Below, in pieces: positions 8,399 to 18,456 of a stretch of DNA of 64,000 bases. Position 1 is the first letter of the stretch. Every line of letters begins with the position of its first letter. A program made the translations under genes and the position numbers. The stretch covers positions 352,001 to 416,000 of the forward strand of contig CAWDVE010000013.1 in NCBI GenBank assembly GCA_963805625.1. Direction: 5' to 3'. The notes beneath the pieces are model-generated. The model made no database searches. It was given only the letters and a program-made list of their open reading frames with translations, and was not told the origin of the DNA. This DNA is from an uncultured Candidatus Rokubacteria bacterium (GTDB taxonomy: Bacteria > Methylomirabilota > Methylomirabilia > Rokubacteriales > DASRDR01).

Positions 8399-9445
8399 AT
8401 GGCAAAGAAAAAGTCCGCCACAACGACTGCAGCGGCGCCGCCTCCCGAAGGAAGCTTCATCTTTCGAGGGACGGTGCAGCGAGCCAAGGACTCCACGGTT
8501 CCTGACATAACGCCGAACGCACGCACCTGTGTCGTTCGAATAGACGAGGTCATCGCGGCGCCGCCGGCACTGGCCCGCATGGCCGGACGCGAGGTGACCG
8601 TCATTGGCACGAGGCCGATGAAACAGGGCGAGCAAGCCATGTTTCACACCGGCAGCGTGAGCTTTGGACAGGAAGTGGCGGTGCGCGCGGTGCAAACGGA
8701 ACCATTAGCAGCGGGTGCATCCTCGAAAGGATTCACTGCCGCACGCGCCGCGGCTGCGCCGTTGGCAGCGACCTCCACCGCCGCCGTCGATCCCGTTCAG
8801 GCCCATCGCGACTTGCTGCTGAAGCGCAGTCTGGACAGCGCGGATGTAGTCGTGGCCGGAACCATCGTCCAAGTGAGAATGGCACCTGAAACGCAGGCAC
8901 TTGCTTCGCCTGCCACGAGCGCCACCGGGGTGCGCCTTTCGGCGGCTCGGCGTCGCCTGGCCGCGGGTCCGGCGCCCGGCGCTTCAACACGCCTGCCACG
9001 CATCACCGAGCACGACCCGCTCTGGCACGAGGCCGTCGTCAACGTCGAAAGTGTTGAGAAAGGATCGACCGGCCAGAAGCAGATTGTCGTTCGGTTCCCC
9101 GGTAGCAACGACGTCCGCTGGCGGAATCACCCAAAGCTCCGTCCCGGTCAACAGGGCGTGTTCTTGCTCAGCGAGCCTGCCGAGGCAGGCCCTGGCGATC
9201 GCGCGCTGTCAGCACGCCGTCGCGCGGGTGTTACGCGTCTGACAACCATGGCCACACCCTTGGCCCAGAGTGGAGCCCTCCAGGCGATGACCGACCCTCA
9301 GCCCATCGTCGCCATCGATAGAGTCCGACAGTTGCTGAATCAGCCTTCGCCGGCCGCGCGGGTGACAACGGGCTCGCCCAGGGGCCCCGTCCGAGCATCA
9401 AGATCCCGAAAAACACCGCGAAAGCGCCGTTCGAAGAAGGGCTGA
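8399..9445 (+). CDS. Hypothetical protein with two similar beta-rich domains and basic N- and C-tails
   Basis: GAAGGAG RBS. Repeated pattern FIFRGTVQ/VVVAGTIVQ..GEQAMF/GQQGVF; HDPLWHEAVV motif. Confidence 0.8.
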   Translation: MAKKKSATTTAAAPPPEGSFIFRGTVQRAKDSTVPDITPNARTCVVRIDEVIAAPPALARMAGREVTVIGTRPMKQGEQAMFHTGSVSFGQEVAVRAVQTEPLAAGASSKGFTAARAAAAPLAATSTAAVDPVQAHRDLLLKRSLDSADVVVAGTIVQVRMAPETQALASPATSATGVRLSAARRRLAAGPAPGASTRLPRITEHDPLWHEAVVNVESVEKGSTGQKQIVVRFPGSNDVRWRNHPKLRPGQQGVFLLSEPAEAGPGDRALSARRRAGVTRLTTMATPLAQSGALQAMTDPQPIVAIDRVRQLLNQPSPAARVTTGSPRGPVRASRSRKTPRKRRSKKG

Positions 9446-9476
9446 TCACTCGAGATCACCGGCAGGAGATAACGTC

Positions 9477-10988
9477 ATGCCAAGCGGCAAGAAAGTGATC
9501 GGTCGATCGGCAGCGAAACGGGGGCGCACGCGAGCAGGCAACCGTGCCGCACCGCAACACGGGCGACGAGGCAGGGCAGGCACGTTGCCGGGAGGTGGCC
9601 AGCTGTTGCTCGTGAACATGATCCCTCGATCGCTCAGTGACGAGACCAATCAGGATAGCGAGCCGTCGCTTGCGGTGAACCCGCAGAACACAGATCAGAT
9701 TGTAGGCACCGCCTTCACGCCCGATCCTCTGGGTGGCAATCTGGCCCCAGTGTTCATTTCCACCGACGGCGGCAGCACGTGGCGACTGAGTTCTATCGTG
9801 CCCAGCCAGACGCAGACCGGCGATATCTACGTGGGGTTCGGGCCGAGCGGCCAGCTGTACGCCGGCATCCTACGCTTCCCCTCGCCAGTCAACGATATCC
9901 GCATGAACATCTTGCGGACGACCGACGTCCAGTCGGCAACCCCGATGACCGTCCTCGTCGATCGACTTGGCGCCGATCAGCCATTCTTGCAGACTCGGCA
10001 AGAACAGACCGGCGGAAACGCCGGGTCGCAGGATCGTGTCTATGTCGGCAGCAACGATTTTGCCGTGCCGCAGAGCACATCGACGATCGACTTTTCGCTG
10101 AACGCCAGAGCCGCCCACGCTGTTTTCAAGAACGCGCGGATCGATAGGCGCCCCAACACCATGCAGAACGGTCCTCAAGTCAGGCCGGCCTGCCATCCCA
10201 ACGGTCGGGTCTATCTCGCGTTCATGCGCTGGACCGCGCAGCAAGGCAACTGGCCGGCCAACACGCTCGTTGTCACCGGCGATCTGATTGTCGTCCGCGA
10301 CGACAGTGGTGGCAACGATGCGCCGCCCTTCACCAGCTTGCGCGATCCCGTCGACCACCAGCCCGGCGTGCGTGTTGTCCAGGCGATCACGTTTCCCTTC
10401 CACCATGATGAGAGCGGCGTGCCCGGGCAGCAGCGATTGGGCGGCGACGTCGCCATCGCGGTCGATCCCACAGACGAGGACATCGTATACGTGGCATTCG
10501 CTTCGCTCGAACAGTCTGGGTATACCGTCCGCGTGCGGCGGTCCACCGACGGTGGCCTGACGTGGTCGGATGATCTCCGGCGGCTTCCGCGTGCGACCAA
10601 TCCGGCCTTGGCCGTCAACACCGATGGCACAGTCGGCCTGCTTTTTCAACAGCTCACCGGAGTCAGTGCCCTTCGCTGGGTCACGCAGTTCGCACGGTCG
10701 TCCAACGGCGGTACGGACTGGACCTCATTCGTCCTCGCCGACACTCCGGCCAATCAGCCGGTGGCGGACTTCAGCCCGTATCTCGGAGACTACGACTGCG
10801 TGCTCGCAGTGGGGAAGGATTTCTGCGGGATCTTCTCGGCCAGCAATGCGCCCGATCCCGCGCATTTCCCCAATGGCGTGATCTATCAGCGCAACGCCGA
10901 TTTCGCGTCCCGCCGGCTGCTGGGCGTCGACGGTTCGACGACAGTCGCCCGGTCGATCGATCCGTTCTTCTTCCGTGTGAGCGAATAA
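9477..10988 (+). CDS. BNR/Asp-box (sialidase-fold) beta-propeller protein
   Basis: Asp-boxes STDGGSTW, STDGGLTW and SSNGGTDW; DSEPSLAVNP start motif; late GDY; AGGAG RBS. Confidence 0.8.
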   Translation: MPSGKKVIGRSAAKRGRTRAGNRAAPQHGRRGRAGTLPGGGQLLLVNMIPRSLSDETNQDSEPSLAVNPQNTDQIVGTAFTPDPLGGNLAPVFISTDGGSTWRLSSIVPSQTQTGDIYVGFGPSGQLYAGILRFPSPVNDIRMNILRTTDVQSATPMTVLVDRLGADQPFLQTRQEQTGGNAGSQDRVYVGSNDFAVPQSTSTIDFSLNARAAHAVFKNARIDRRPNTMQNGPQVRPACHPNGRVYLAFMRWTAQQGNWPANTLVVTGDLIVVRDDSGGNDAPPFTSLRDPVDHQPGVRVVQAITFPFHHDESGVPGQQRLGGDVAIAVDPTDEDIVYVAFASLEQSGYTVRVRRSTDGGLTWSDDLRRLPRATNPALAVNTDGTVGLLFQQLTGVSALRWVTQFARSSNGGTDWTSFVLADTPANQPVADFSPYLGDYDCVLAVGKDFCGIFSASNAPDPAHFPNGVIYQRNADFASRRLLGVDGSTTVARSIDPFFFRVSE

Positions 10989-11415
10989 AGCGTCCCGACG
11001 CCTCCGAATCCGTTCGTCCTTGCCGCCCAGCTGACTGGCGGACGATCCTGGGACCGTCCTCCTCACCGCTGTACACGAGCAGTTCAGGGTCGAGCGTCGC
11101 TGGGATCCCGGTCGGTCGCCGCACCTCGTTGACGGCGGATCCGGTCTCATTCCCCGTAGCAGCGGAGCACGCCGAGTCGCAGTCCACGAGCCGTGAGATC
11201 CGCGAGCACTCCCCGAATGACCCGAATGAATGGAAACGCGTCGCCGACCAGCCGTCGCGGATGGCCACCGATCACCGCGTGCCGTGCGTGTCTCCAGGCC
11301 GACGAACCGCGACATCGGTACCCGCCACGGCTACCGCTCTGGGAGGACCTCGCGATCTCCTTGGCATTCCGTGGTCTCGCCTCTGCGGAGAGCGCGGAGT
11401 GAGACCATGGCGACC

Positions 11416-12573
11416 TCACTCGACCGCTCGGGTCACGCTTCCCGCCATGATCAGCCGATACTGCCGCGGGCTCGTCCCGACCATGCGCCGGAACACCCGG
11501 CACAGGTGCGCGGCGTCACTGAATCCCACGAGCTCGGCGATCGCCTCGACCGACTTGCCCTCGCCCGACCCGTAAGACTCCTTCACCAGCTCCACGCGCA
11601 CGCTCCTCACGAATCGCCGCCAGGTCATCCCGAGCTCCTGCTGCACCAGGCGGACGAGGTACCCTCGCGCAGTGCCGAGCGACGCCGCGATCTCGCCGAG
11701 TGAGCACCGCCCCTGGTAGTGCTCGCGAACGTGCTCGATGGCGTAGGCCACCTGAGGACTGAACCTCAGGGTCGCGAGATTCAGGCCGGCGATGGTCGTG
11801 GCGATCCGGGAGGCCAGCTCATGCAGTCGAAAGGGCCGCTGAAAGATGGCCACGATCCGTCGTGGGTCGACGTGAAGGGCACCGGCCGACCCCGCCTGCT
11901 GCGCGACGAGAATGACTCTGGAGCCGCCTTCGTCCAGGCCACCGAGGCCCCGACACAGATTGGCATACTGCGTCCAGCCTCCCTGGTCGAGACGCTCCCA
12001 CAGCACCATGAGCATCGGCGCGTGGCCGCTGACGAGCTGTCGGGCGGACTCCGCATCCGGGACCGACAGCACGCGACCTCGGTTCCTCAACAGCACCCGT
12101 AGCACAGCCGACTCACCACGATCTCCGCCCACCAGGAGAACCTCGCGTGATGGCCGGATCGGGACAGCCGTCGCCTCGTGAATCGACCCCAGGAGATCGC
12201 GCAGGTCGAAGGGCTTCACGAAAAAATCCGAGGCGCCGCTCTTCATGCAGTCGACCGCGACGCGCAGGTTGTGCTGGCCCGTCAGCACGATCACGGGAAT
12301 AGGCCCCTGAAGGGGCTCGACCTTCCGGAGTAGCTCGCGGCCGTCCATGTCCGGCAGCCCCAGGTCGAGGAGCATCAGATGAACCGTCCGCGAGGAAAGC
12401 ACGGACAATGCCTCTCTTCCATTGACGGCAAGCCGCAGCTGATAAGTGTCCTCGAGGACATTCGCGAGGAACTCCCGCACACCGGGATCATCCTCGACGA
12501 TGAGAACCGTAGCGGGGGAAACCGCCTGAGACTGCATCAAGTACTCCGCCGCAGACACCAGCCCTGCGGACAT
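11416..12573 (-). CDS. Response regulator: REC + degenerate REC + AraC-type HTH
   Basis: VLIVEDD, LLDLGLPDMDG, VLTG, KPF; C-terminal IAELVGFSDAAHLCRVFRRMVGTSPRQYR. Confidence 0.88.
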   Translation of the reverse strand: MSAGLVSAAEYLMQSQAVSPATVLIVEDDPGVREFLANVLEDTYQLRLAVNGREALSVLSSRTVHLMLLDLGLPDMDGRELLRKVEPLQGPIPVIVLTGQHNLRVAVDCMKSGASDFFVKPFDLRDLLGSIHEATAVPIRPSREVLLVGGDRGESAVLRVLLRNRGRVLSVPDAESARQLVSGHAPMLMVLWERLDQGGWTQYANLCRGLGGLDEGGSRVILVAQQAGSAGALHVDPRRIVAIFQRPFRLHELASRIATTIAGLNLATLRFSPQVAYAIEHVREHYQGRCSLGEIAASLGTARGYLVRLVQQELGMTWRRFVRSVRVELVKESYGSGEGKSVEAIAELVGFSDAAHLCRVFRRMVGTSPRQYRLIMAGSVTRAVE

Positions 12574-12854
12574 CGAGTCGAGGGTCGACTCTGGTTAATG
12601 GCTATCGCACGGAACGTGACCTGTCAAGGGGCCAGTCCTTCCAATGCGCGTTGCGGGACCCGGTCGCGGGGTCGCCGTCCCCAGGGAAGGGACATGCGTT
12701 CAAGAAAATCTCACTTCCATCTCTTGTCAGCTCGGAGCCCGGGGTTCCAACATGCAGCAAGGGGGATCCTGGAGAGGAGGAAAGGCAGTCGGGACGAGCC
12801 AAGATCTGGGTAGGCCGAGTGACACGCCGATGCGTCAGCCGGAAGGAGTGTCCT

Positions 12855-13184
12855 ATGGCACAGCAAGACGAGGCCTTCGTCCGAGCCACTGGTGAAGCAA
12901 ACGAAGTCTTCGAGAAGATTGGGAAGGCGGTCGAGGAGAAGGTCAAGCAGCACGCCCGTGAGGTGAACGTCCTCGAGATCGCGCGATCGTCGGGCCTCGA
13001 GCTGACTGAGGGGTCGCTGACCGAGCTACAGATCCCGACGGTCATCCCCGTCCACCCGTTCATTCCCTGGCATCACTGGTTCCCGTGGCGACCGCTCTGG
13101 TGCTGGTGGTGGCATTTCCGGTACCCGTGGTACCGCTGCTGCCCGTACTGGTGGTACCGATGCCACTGGTATCCATGGCACTAG
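12855..13184 (+). CDS. Small protein with helical N-terminus and Trp/Cys/His/Tyr/Pro-rich C-terminus (109 aa)
   Basis: AAGGAG RBS before ATG 12855. The last 38 aa contain 12 W, 5 Y, 5 H, 5 P, 4 C and no acidic residue. Confidence 0.8.
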   Translation: MAQQDEAFVRATGEANEVFEKIGKAVEEKVKQHAREVNVLEIARSSGLELTEGSLTELQIPTVIPVHPFIPWHHWFPWRPLWCWWWHFRYPWYRCCPYWWYRCHWYPWH

Positions 13185-13394
13185 CCCTTTGACCCGAGAC
13201 CCCATCGATGAGGACCCAGCGGGGCTGCCGGCCTCTGAGCGCCGGTGGCCCCGCTGATTTGAACGGGACGCCAGCGGTCGAGCGCGATCGCAAGGTGCCC
13301 TTCCTCGTCGCCGATCCGATGATCCCGGGATTCTCGAGGCTGCGCGCGTCCCTCTGGCGTCTCGCTCACATCCCACTGTCAAGGAGACATCCCC

Positions 13395-15422
13395 ATGCCT
13401 GAGGCGGGCAAGGCTCGAACGACAAAGTCCCACGCACACCCCAAGCCCGACCTCCCGCCCGACGAGCGCGTGCTCACGCGCCGTCAGGCCGAGTATCTCG
13501 CGGAGACGGCGCAGCTGGAGCTGAGGCAGCTCGAAGGACGCCACCTCCGGGAGCTCGATGAGCTGCTCAAGTTTCGTATCGACCCCACGCTCCTCTTCTT
13601 TCGCAAGGTCTGTGGCCGGGTCGTCCGCAAGGACCCGCTCACGGGCATTCTCTATGGCGTGCCCAACGCCACCGTCTACGTCGAGGACACGGACTGCTCG
13701 TTCCTCGGCTTCTTCCCGGTCGAACACCCCTGGTGGTGGCTCTGGCCGATCGTGTGCCACCGCGAGGTCATCGCCACGGCGCACACCGACGCCTGTGGGA
13801 ACTTCTGCGTCTTCATTCCGCGGTGGGACATCGACCGCATCCTCCGCCTCCGCCGGAAGCGCATCTGCTACCCGGACATCTTCCGTCCGAGCATCCGGGA
13901 CCTGATCCCGGAGCTGGTATTGCGGCCCCGCCCGGTGGACCCCAACCCGCCCGACCCGCCGCCGTTCAATCCCGACATCATCGAGCGCATCGCGCAGATC
14001 GCCGCCCTCGGCGGCCCCGACACGGCGCAGTCGGTCCTCCGGTTGCGTGCCGGCGCCAGCTTCGGAGACGACATCTCGGTGCTCGAGGACGTGCTGGATC
14101 GTCCCGCCTTCGCGGAGCCCCTGCCGCCCCCCCTGAGCGAGGAGGCAGTGAAGCGCCTCGAGCAGATCGAGCTGGCCCCCGGGCGTGACGAGGCGGCGAA
14201 GGCGCCGACGGCGGCTGGCCTCACCAGCATCCTCGCCGAACGCGTCCTCGGCCCGTTCATCCGCTGTCACGACATCATCGTCGCCGAGTGGCAGACGATC
14301 GTGGACATTCCCGACATCACCTTCCGCGTCGAGCAAGACACCGACGGGGACGGCGACGAGGAGGTGATCCACAGCGAGAGTTTCTTCGACGTGCGCTGGA
14401 ACGCTGGCTACATCGGGCCCGTCACCCTCTACGCCAACGCCAGCGCGCTCATCTCGCACGTCTGCCAGGGCCCGTCCATCCCCTGCGTGAATGTGCCCTC
14501 GATCAACACCGTCGGGCTGATGCCGCTGATCGCGACGCACCACAACAACGCCACGGGCTACGCCACCCGCGTCAACCGGCCGCGGCCGCTTGGGCTCTCC
14601 TCGAACCCCCAGGTCAGCCCCGGCCAGGCACCCTACGCCGGGACCCTTCAGCTGCACGGCTGCCACCACATCACCAACGGCGTCTTCTACCGGCTGCTCT
14701 ACAGCTTCAACGGCAACGCCGAGGTCCCGTTCCTGGGCCTCGAGTGGTATGCCCCGCGCCTGGGCGGGGGGGCGCCGATCCACTTCGTGCCCGACAACCA
14801 GGGCTGGTACCCGATTGTCCCGGCCGCGCAGCTCGTCTTCCCCCACTGGCTGCTGAACTGGCCGACGAGCGCGGGTGGCACCTACGACATTCGCCTCCAG
14901 ATCGGCGATGGGGCGAAGAACCCGGTGGGCGCCCCGAGCGCGGTGGTGAAGATGCGCATCGACAACAGCCCGCCCAACGTCGGCTTCGTCGAGCTTCGCT
15001 GGCGGCCGGTGGCCGGCGCGTACCTGCCGCAGAACACCTACTTTTCGCCGTTCACCTGCATCGTCATCCAACGCCCGCCAGTCGACATCGAAGTGGAAGT
15101 GCGCTGGTTCGCCAGCGCGACGCACTTCCGTAACGCCTTCCTGAGCGGCTCCGGCTGTGGCGGCGGCAACCCGGTCCCGCAGCCGCCTCCCTCGAACTTC
15201 GACCACTGGCACCAGAACTTCGGTGACAACGCCGTCTTCCGGATCGCGAGCTTCGTCGTCCCGGCCGGCGTCCCTCAGGGGGCCTACGGCTTCCGCGTGG
15301 ACGCCTGGGGCCGCGCCTTCAATGCCGCCGGCGACGGCGGCGGTCCGGCCACCAACTGGCTGACCAACTACAACTACTCCTACAACGCCGTCCACCTCCC
15401 GGTCGCGATCATCGACGCCTGA
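13395..15422 (+). CDS. Uncharacterised Cys/Pro/Trp-rich protein (675 aa)
   Basis: AAGGAG RBS, high-GC codon bias. Transthyretin-like segment VPNATVYVED..TDACGNFCV, a Pro-rich stretch and a beta-rich C-terminus. Confidence 0.85.
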   Translation: MPEAGKARTTKSHAHPKPDLPPDERVLTRRQAEYLAETAQLELRQLEGRHLRELDELLKFRIDPTLLFFRKVCGRVVRKDPLTGILYGVPNATVYVEDTDCSFLGFFPVEHPWWWLWPIVCHREVIATAHTDACGNFCVFIPRWDIDRILRLRRKRICYPDIFRPSIRDLIPELVLRPRPVDPNPPDPPPFNPDIIERIAQIAALGGPDTAQSVLRLRAGASFGDDISVLEDVLDRPAFAEPLPPPLSEEAVKRLEQIELAPGRDEAAKAPTAAGLTSILAERVLGPFIRCHDIIVAEWQTIVDIPDITFRVEQDTDGDGDEEVIHSESFFDVRWNAGYIGPVTLYANASALISHVCQGPSIPCVNVPSINTVGLMPLIATHHNNATGYATRVNRPRPLGLSSNPQVSPGQAPYAGTLQLHGCHHITNGVFYRLLYSFNGNAEVPFLGLEWYAPRLGGGAPIHFVPDNQGWYPIVPAAQLVFPHWLLNWPTSAGGTYDIRLQIGDGAKNPVGAPSAVVKMRIDNSPPNVGFVELRWRPVAGAYLPQNTYFSPFTCIVIQRPPVDIEVEVRWFASATHFRNAFLSGSGCGGGNPVPQPPPSNFDHWHQNFGDNAVFRIASFVVPAGVPQGAYGFRVDAWGRAFNAAGDGGGPATNWLTNYNYSYNAVHLPVAIIDA

Positions 15423-15443
15423 ACCGACGCCGATTTCGGAAGC

Positions 15444-15466
15444 CGCGAGCGGCTCAACCGCTCGCG
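15444..15466. terminator. Hairpin between convergent genes
   Basis: Perfect 9-bp stem CGCGAGCGG/CCGCTCGCG with a 5-nt loop, no U-tract. Confidence 0.5.
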
Positions 15467-15636
15467 ATCCACGGGATCGAACCCGCGGTACCGGAGCGCC
15501 TCCGCGAGGGGCCGCATCCGACCGACCTGGCGTGAGCCCGCTGACCAGAGCCGCTTGGGGATGCCTGCGGGCATCCGCCGCGCGGTGGCTTCGGTCAGCC
15601 CGAGGTCCCGCAACGGTGGCGCACCCCGCTCGGAGC

Positions 15637-16593
15637 TCAGGCGTTGCCATCGAGCGCTGCCAGGGCATCGGCGAAGCGCTGCGTGACGCGCTCGAAGCCC
15701 CGCGCGGTGGGATGGAGCTCGTTTGCCCACCACGTCTTGTAGTCAGTTCCGACGGACAGTGTCTCGCGGATGTCGACGTACTTCACGTGAGAGAACTCAC
15801 TCATCGCGGCCACGTTCTTCAGCTGTGTGTTGAAGCGGTCAATCAGCTGCTTGGCCAGCTTGATCCGCTCCTGAAGATCGTCAAAGCCCTTCTCGCGGAA
15901 GCCCGGTTCGAGCCAGGGTCCGGGCAGGAACCACCAGCCCCCGAGGAATCCCCGGCCATCGGGAACTGGATAGTCATACCCGTGGATCAGAATCGGCAGA
16001 TGCCGACCAAGGCGCTCGTCGCACACCTGGGTGATGGCGTTGAGCATCGTAATGTACGCGAGGCGGACTCGCTCGTCGATGACACCCGCCACGACTTGAG
16101 CGTTGAGACCCCGTGTGGCCGAGCGCGCGTGGTTCAGCAGCATCCCGAACTCGTCGCCCGCCACGTCGTTCCCACCACCGGACAGCAGAACGGCCTTAGG
16201 CACGACTCCCCGGCGAATCAGCTTCTCCAGTCTCCGTGTCAGCTCCTCGAGCTGCCCTCGCCCGTAGGCCATCTCTTCGACGCGGTCTCCCTTGTGCGCA
16301 ACCGACTCGACGTCGTAGCCGTGATCGTCCTCCAGCAGGCGAAGGATGTCGTTCAGGGGGTAGTCGAACCAGGAGTCACCCTCCGCCACCAACACACCGG
16401 CCGTTGCCGGACCCCCGACCGCCCGCAGCCGTGCGGGGTCAATGGTGACGGCGGCCTTCGCTCGTGGCGGCGCCGGCACCGCCCGCATTGCCTTGGCGCG
16501 CCTTCGCAGCGCAGCGGCTCTCAGCTCCAGCACCGCCCGGGCCTCGACACGACCAACCGCGAGTGCCTTGCGGGCCAGGCGATCAGTTGGCAT
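15637..16593 (-). CDS. SGNH/GDSL hydrolase
   Basis: AEGDSWF (block I), SGGGND (block III), HGYDY, NELHP (block V); GGAGG RBS. Confidence 0.88.
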   Translation of the reverse strand: MPTDRLARKALAVGRVEARAVLELRAAALRRRAKAMRAVPAPPRAKAAVTIDPARLRAVGGPATAGVLVAEGDSWFDYPLNDILRLLEDDHGYDVESVAHKGDRVEEMAYGRGQLEELTRRLEKLIRRGVVPKAVLLSGGGNDVAGDEFGMLLNHARSATRGLNAQVVAGVIDERVRLAYITMLNAITQVCDERLGRHLPILIHGYDYPVPDGRGFLGGWWFLPGPWLEPGFREKGFDDLQERIKLAKQLIDRFNTQLKNVAAMSEFSHVKYVDIRETLSVGTDYKTWWANELHPTARGFERVTQRFADALAALDGNA

Positions 16594-16791
16594 CTACGGT
16601 ACCTCCTTTCGATTCTGACCTCGGTCGCATCCCCGCTGCCGTCGGCGCGGGCGAGCGTGCGTCACTCGCCGTAGGACGGGGGCTCCTTCAGCCGACCTCT
16701 CACGTCGCGTGGGACACCGTGAGCGAATCGCGGAGAGCTGTGGTCTTGGGTGTCTTGGGTGAGCACGGTCGCGGGTCCCTCCCCGGAGGGG

Positions 16792-18306
16792 TCACGGCAC
16801 GTCCTCCGCGCTGATCTGCTCCGCCGGCACGTACGTCGGGATGGGCAGCGGCGGGTTGACCGGCGCCTGGCGAAACTCGGGGTTGCCGGGCAGGCCCACC
16901 CACACCTTCCAGCCGGCGCCCTGAGCGTACTCGCGATAGCCGCTGTAACCCGACAGGCTGGGCGTCCACTGGGCGTCGCTGCCCCCGACGCGGACGTAGA
17001 GGTCGCCGCGCCGCCCTTCGACCCGGGCCGCGTAGACGCCCGCCGCGCGGGCATTGTCCTGGAGGTGCAGCGCGCTGCCCGCATGCACCCCCGCGACCTT
17101 CCGGGCATTGATCAGCGCTCGGATCTTGTTCTGCAAGTCGGCGCCCCAGTCGAAGTAGTGCTTCCAGAAGACCGTCGGCACCCCGGGATGGGTCAAGACG
17201 TGAGCGTAGGCCTGCTCGACCTGCCAGTTGTTCGCGAACACGTCGAACTCGTGACCCTTCTCGGGCGTGCCGTCCTCGTTCGTCCGGTACCCCAGGTCGT
17301 GGTTCTGCACGAATGTCACGGCGCGGTTCCTCCAGGGCAGACCGTCGGTCGTGTCGCCCACCATGCCGATGCCGTTCCCGTATCCGTAGAGCGCGAAGTA
17401 GCGACCCTCGCGAAGCTGTTGCAGCGTGAACAGGGTCGTGAAATCGAACACGCTGCTCGCCGACCGGAGATGATCCGCGCCGGTCGCGGTCGCGTCCGTG
17501 GCGGTGTACCAGATCCAGCCCCGCTGCTCGTTGTGGGCCGCCCAGTCGTACTCGCCCACGGAGAACGTCGGCGTCGTGAGCCGATTGTAGAGAGCGACCC
17601 ACCGCGCGTGATAGCCGTGCGCCACGTCGAACCGCCAGCCCCGGTATCCCGCGGACTTGAGCTGGCGCAGGTAGCGCACGATGTCCTGGCGGACCCGGCG
17701 GTCGGTGTGGGCGATGTCACGGAAGCTCTCGTAGCCATACGTGGTGCCGCCATGCCGCGTGTACTCGCTCGGGCGCTCCTCGCATCGCCCGCGCTGCTCG
17801 ACGGGTGTGTCCGCGATCCCGGAGGCGGGGTTCTGGAAAGCCTCGTCCGTCTCGCAGATCGCCCAGGGGCCCCAGTCGGGATTCTTGAAGTCCGCCCAGC
17901 CCGTCAGCCCGTCGCGGTGATTGATGACGACGTCCGCGATCGGCTCGACGCCACTCTGGAGGAGCGCTTCGAGCATCGCCCGGTGCTCAGGGAAGGACCC
18001 GTAGCTGTTGTCCAGTCGGAAGTACTCCTTGGGGTTGTAGCCAGCGCTGAACTCCCCGGCGAACGACGGGGGCGCCAGCCAAATCAGATCGAACCGTCCC
18101 TCGCGAATCGTGGCCGCGTTCTCGCGCACGATCCGGTACCAGGACGTGCTCCCAAAGGTGGGAAACTTCCCGGGATGTCCGTGGCGGTATGACTCCCAGT
18201 AGAAGCCCTGGAGCATGACGCGATCGTCCTCGAACCCCGCCTGCGCGGCGGCGGGCGCAGCGCTCACCAGCACCAGCACGACGGCGAGCGCGACGCGGCG
18301 GATCAC
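16792..18306 (-). CDS. Secreted GH13 alpha-amylase
   Basis: Signal peptide; MLQGFYW, DVVINH, GWRFD, VGEY, FVQNHD conserved regions; C-terminal beta domain. Confidence 0.9.
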   Translation of the reverse strand: MIRRVALAVVLVLVSAAPAAAQAGFEDDRVMLQGFYWESYRHGHPGKFPTFGSTSWYRIVRENAATIREGRFDLIWLAPPSFAGEFSAGYNPKEYFRLDNSYGSFPEHRAMLEALLQSGVEPIADVVINHRDGLTGWADFKNPDWGPWAICETDEAFQNPASGIADTPVEQRGRCEERPSEYTRHGGTTYGYESFRDIAHTDRRVRQDIVRYLRQLKSAGYRGWRFDVAHGYHARWVALYNRLTTPTFSVGEYDWAAHNEQRGWIWYTATDATATGADHLRSASSVFDFTTLFTLQQLREGRYFALYGYGNGIGMVGDTTDGLPWRNRAVTFVQNHDLGYRTNEDGTPEKGHEFDVFANNWQVEQAYAHVLTHPGVPTVFWKHYFDWGADLQNKIRALINARKVAGVHAGSALHLQDNARAAGVYAARVEGRRGDLYVRVGGSDAQWTPSLSGYSGYREYAQGAGWKVWVGLPGNPEFRQAPVNPPLPIPTYVPAEQISAEDVP

Positions 18307-18456
18307 CCGATCGATCGCATAGGCCCAGCTCCGCCGGTCACCGTGTGGGGAAGCACGAGACGACCCCGACCGCCCGGGAGCCGGCGCCGAGCCCGGCGAT
18401 CACGGTGCGCCCCCGAGAAGCGGGCCCCGGCGCAAGTGGGGGAACGCCACGCGTGG

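Noticed and set aside
12855-15422. Assignment to a known RiPP class
   Set aside because: No radical SAM, YcaO, LanM, C39 peptidase/transporter or double-Gly site is visible nearby; kept only as a hypothesis.
13026-15668. 880-aa minus-strand ORF and other long antisense ORFs (22625-25411, 25662-27017, 57058-58509)
   Set aside because: Shadows of well-supported genes on the opposite strand in high-GC DNA; no recognisable motifs.
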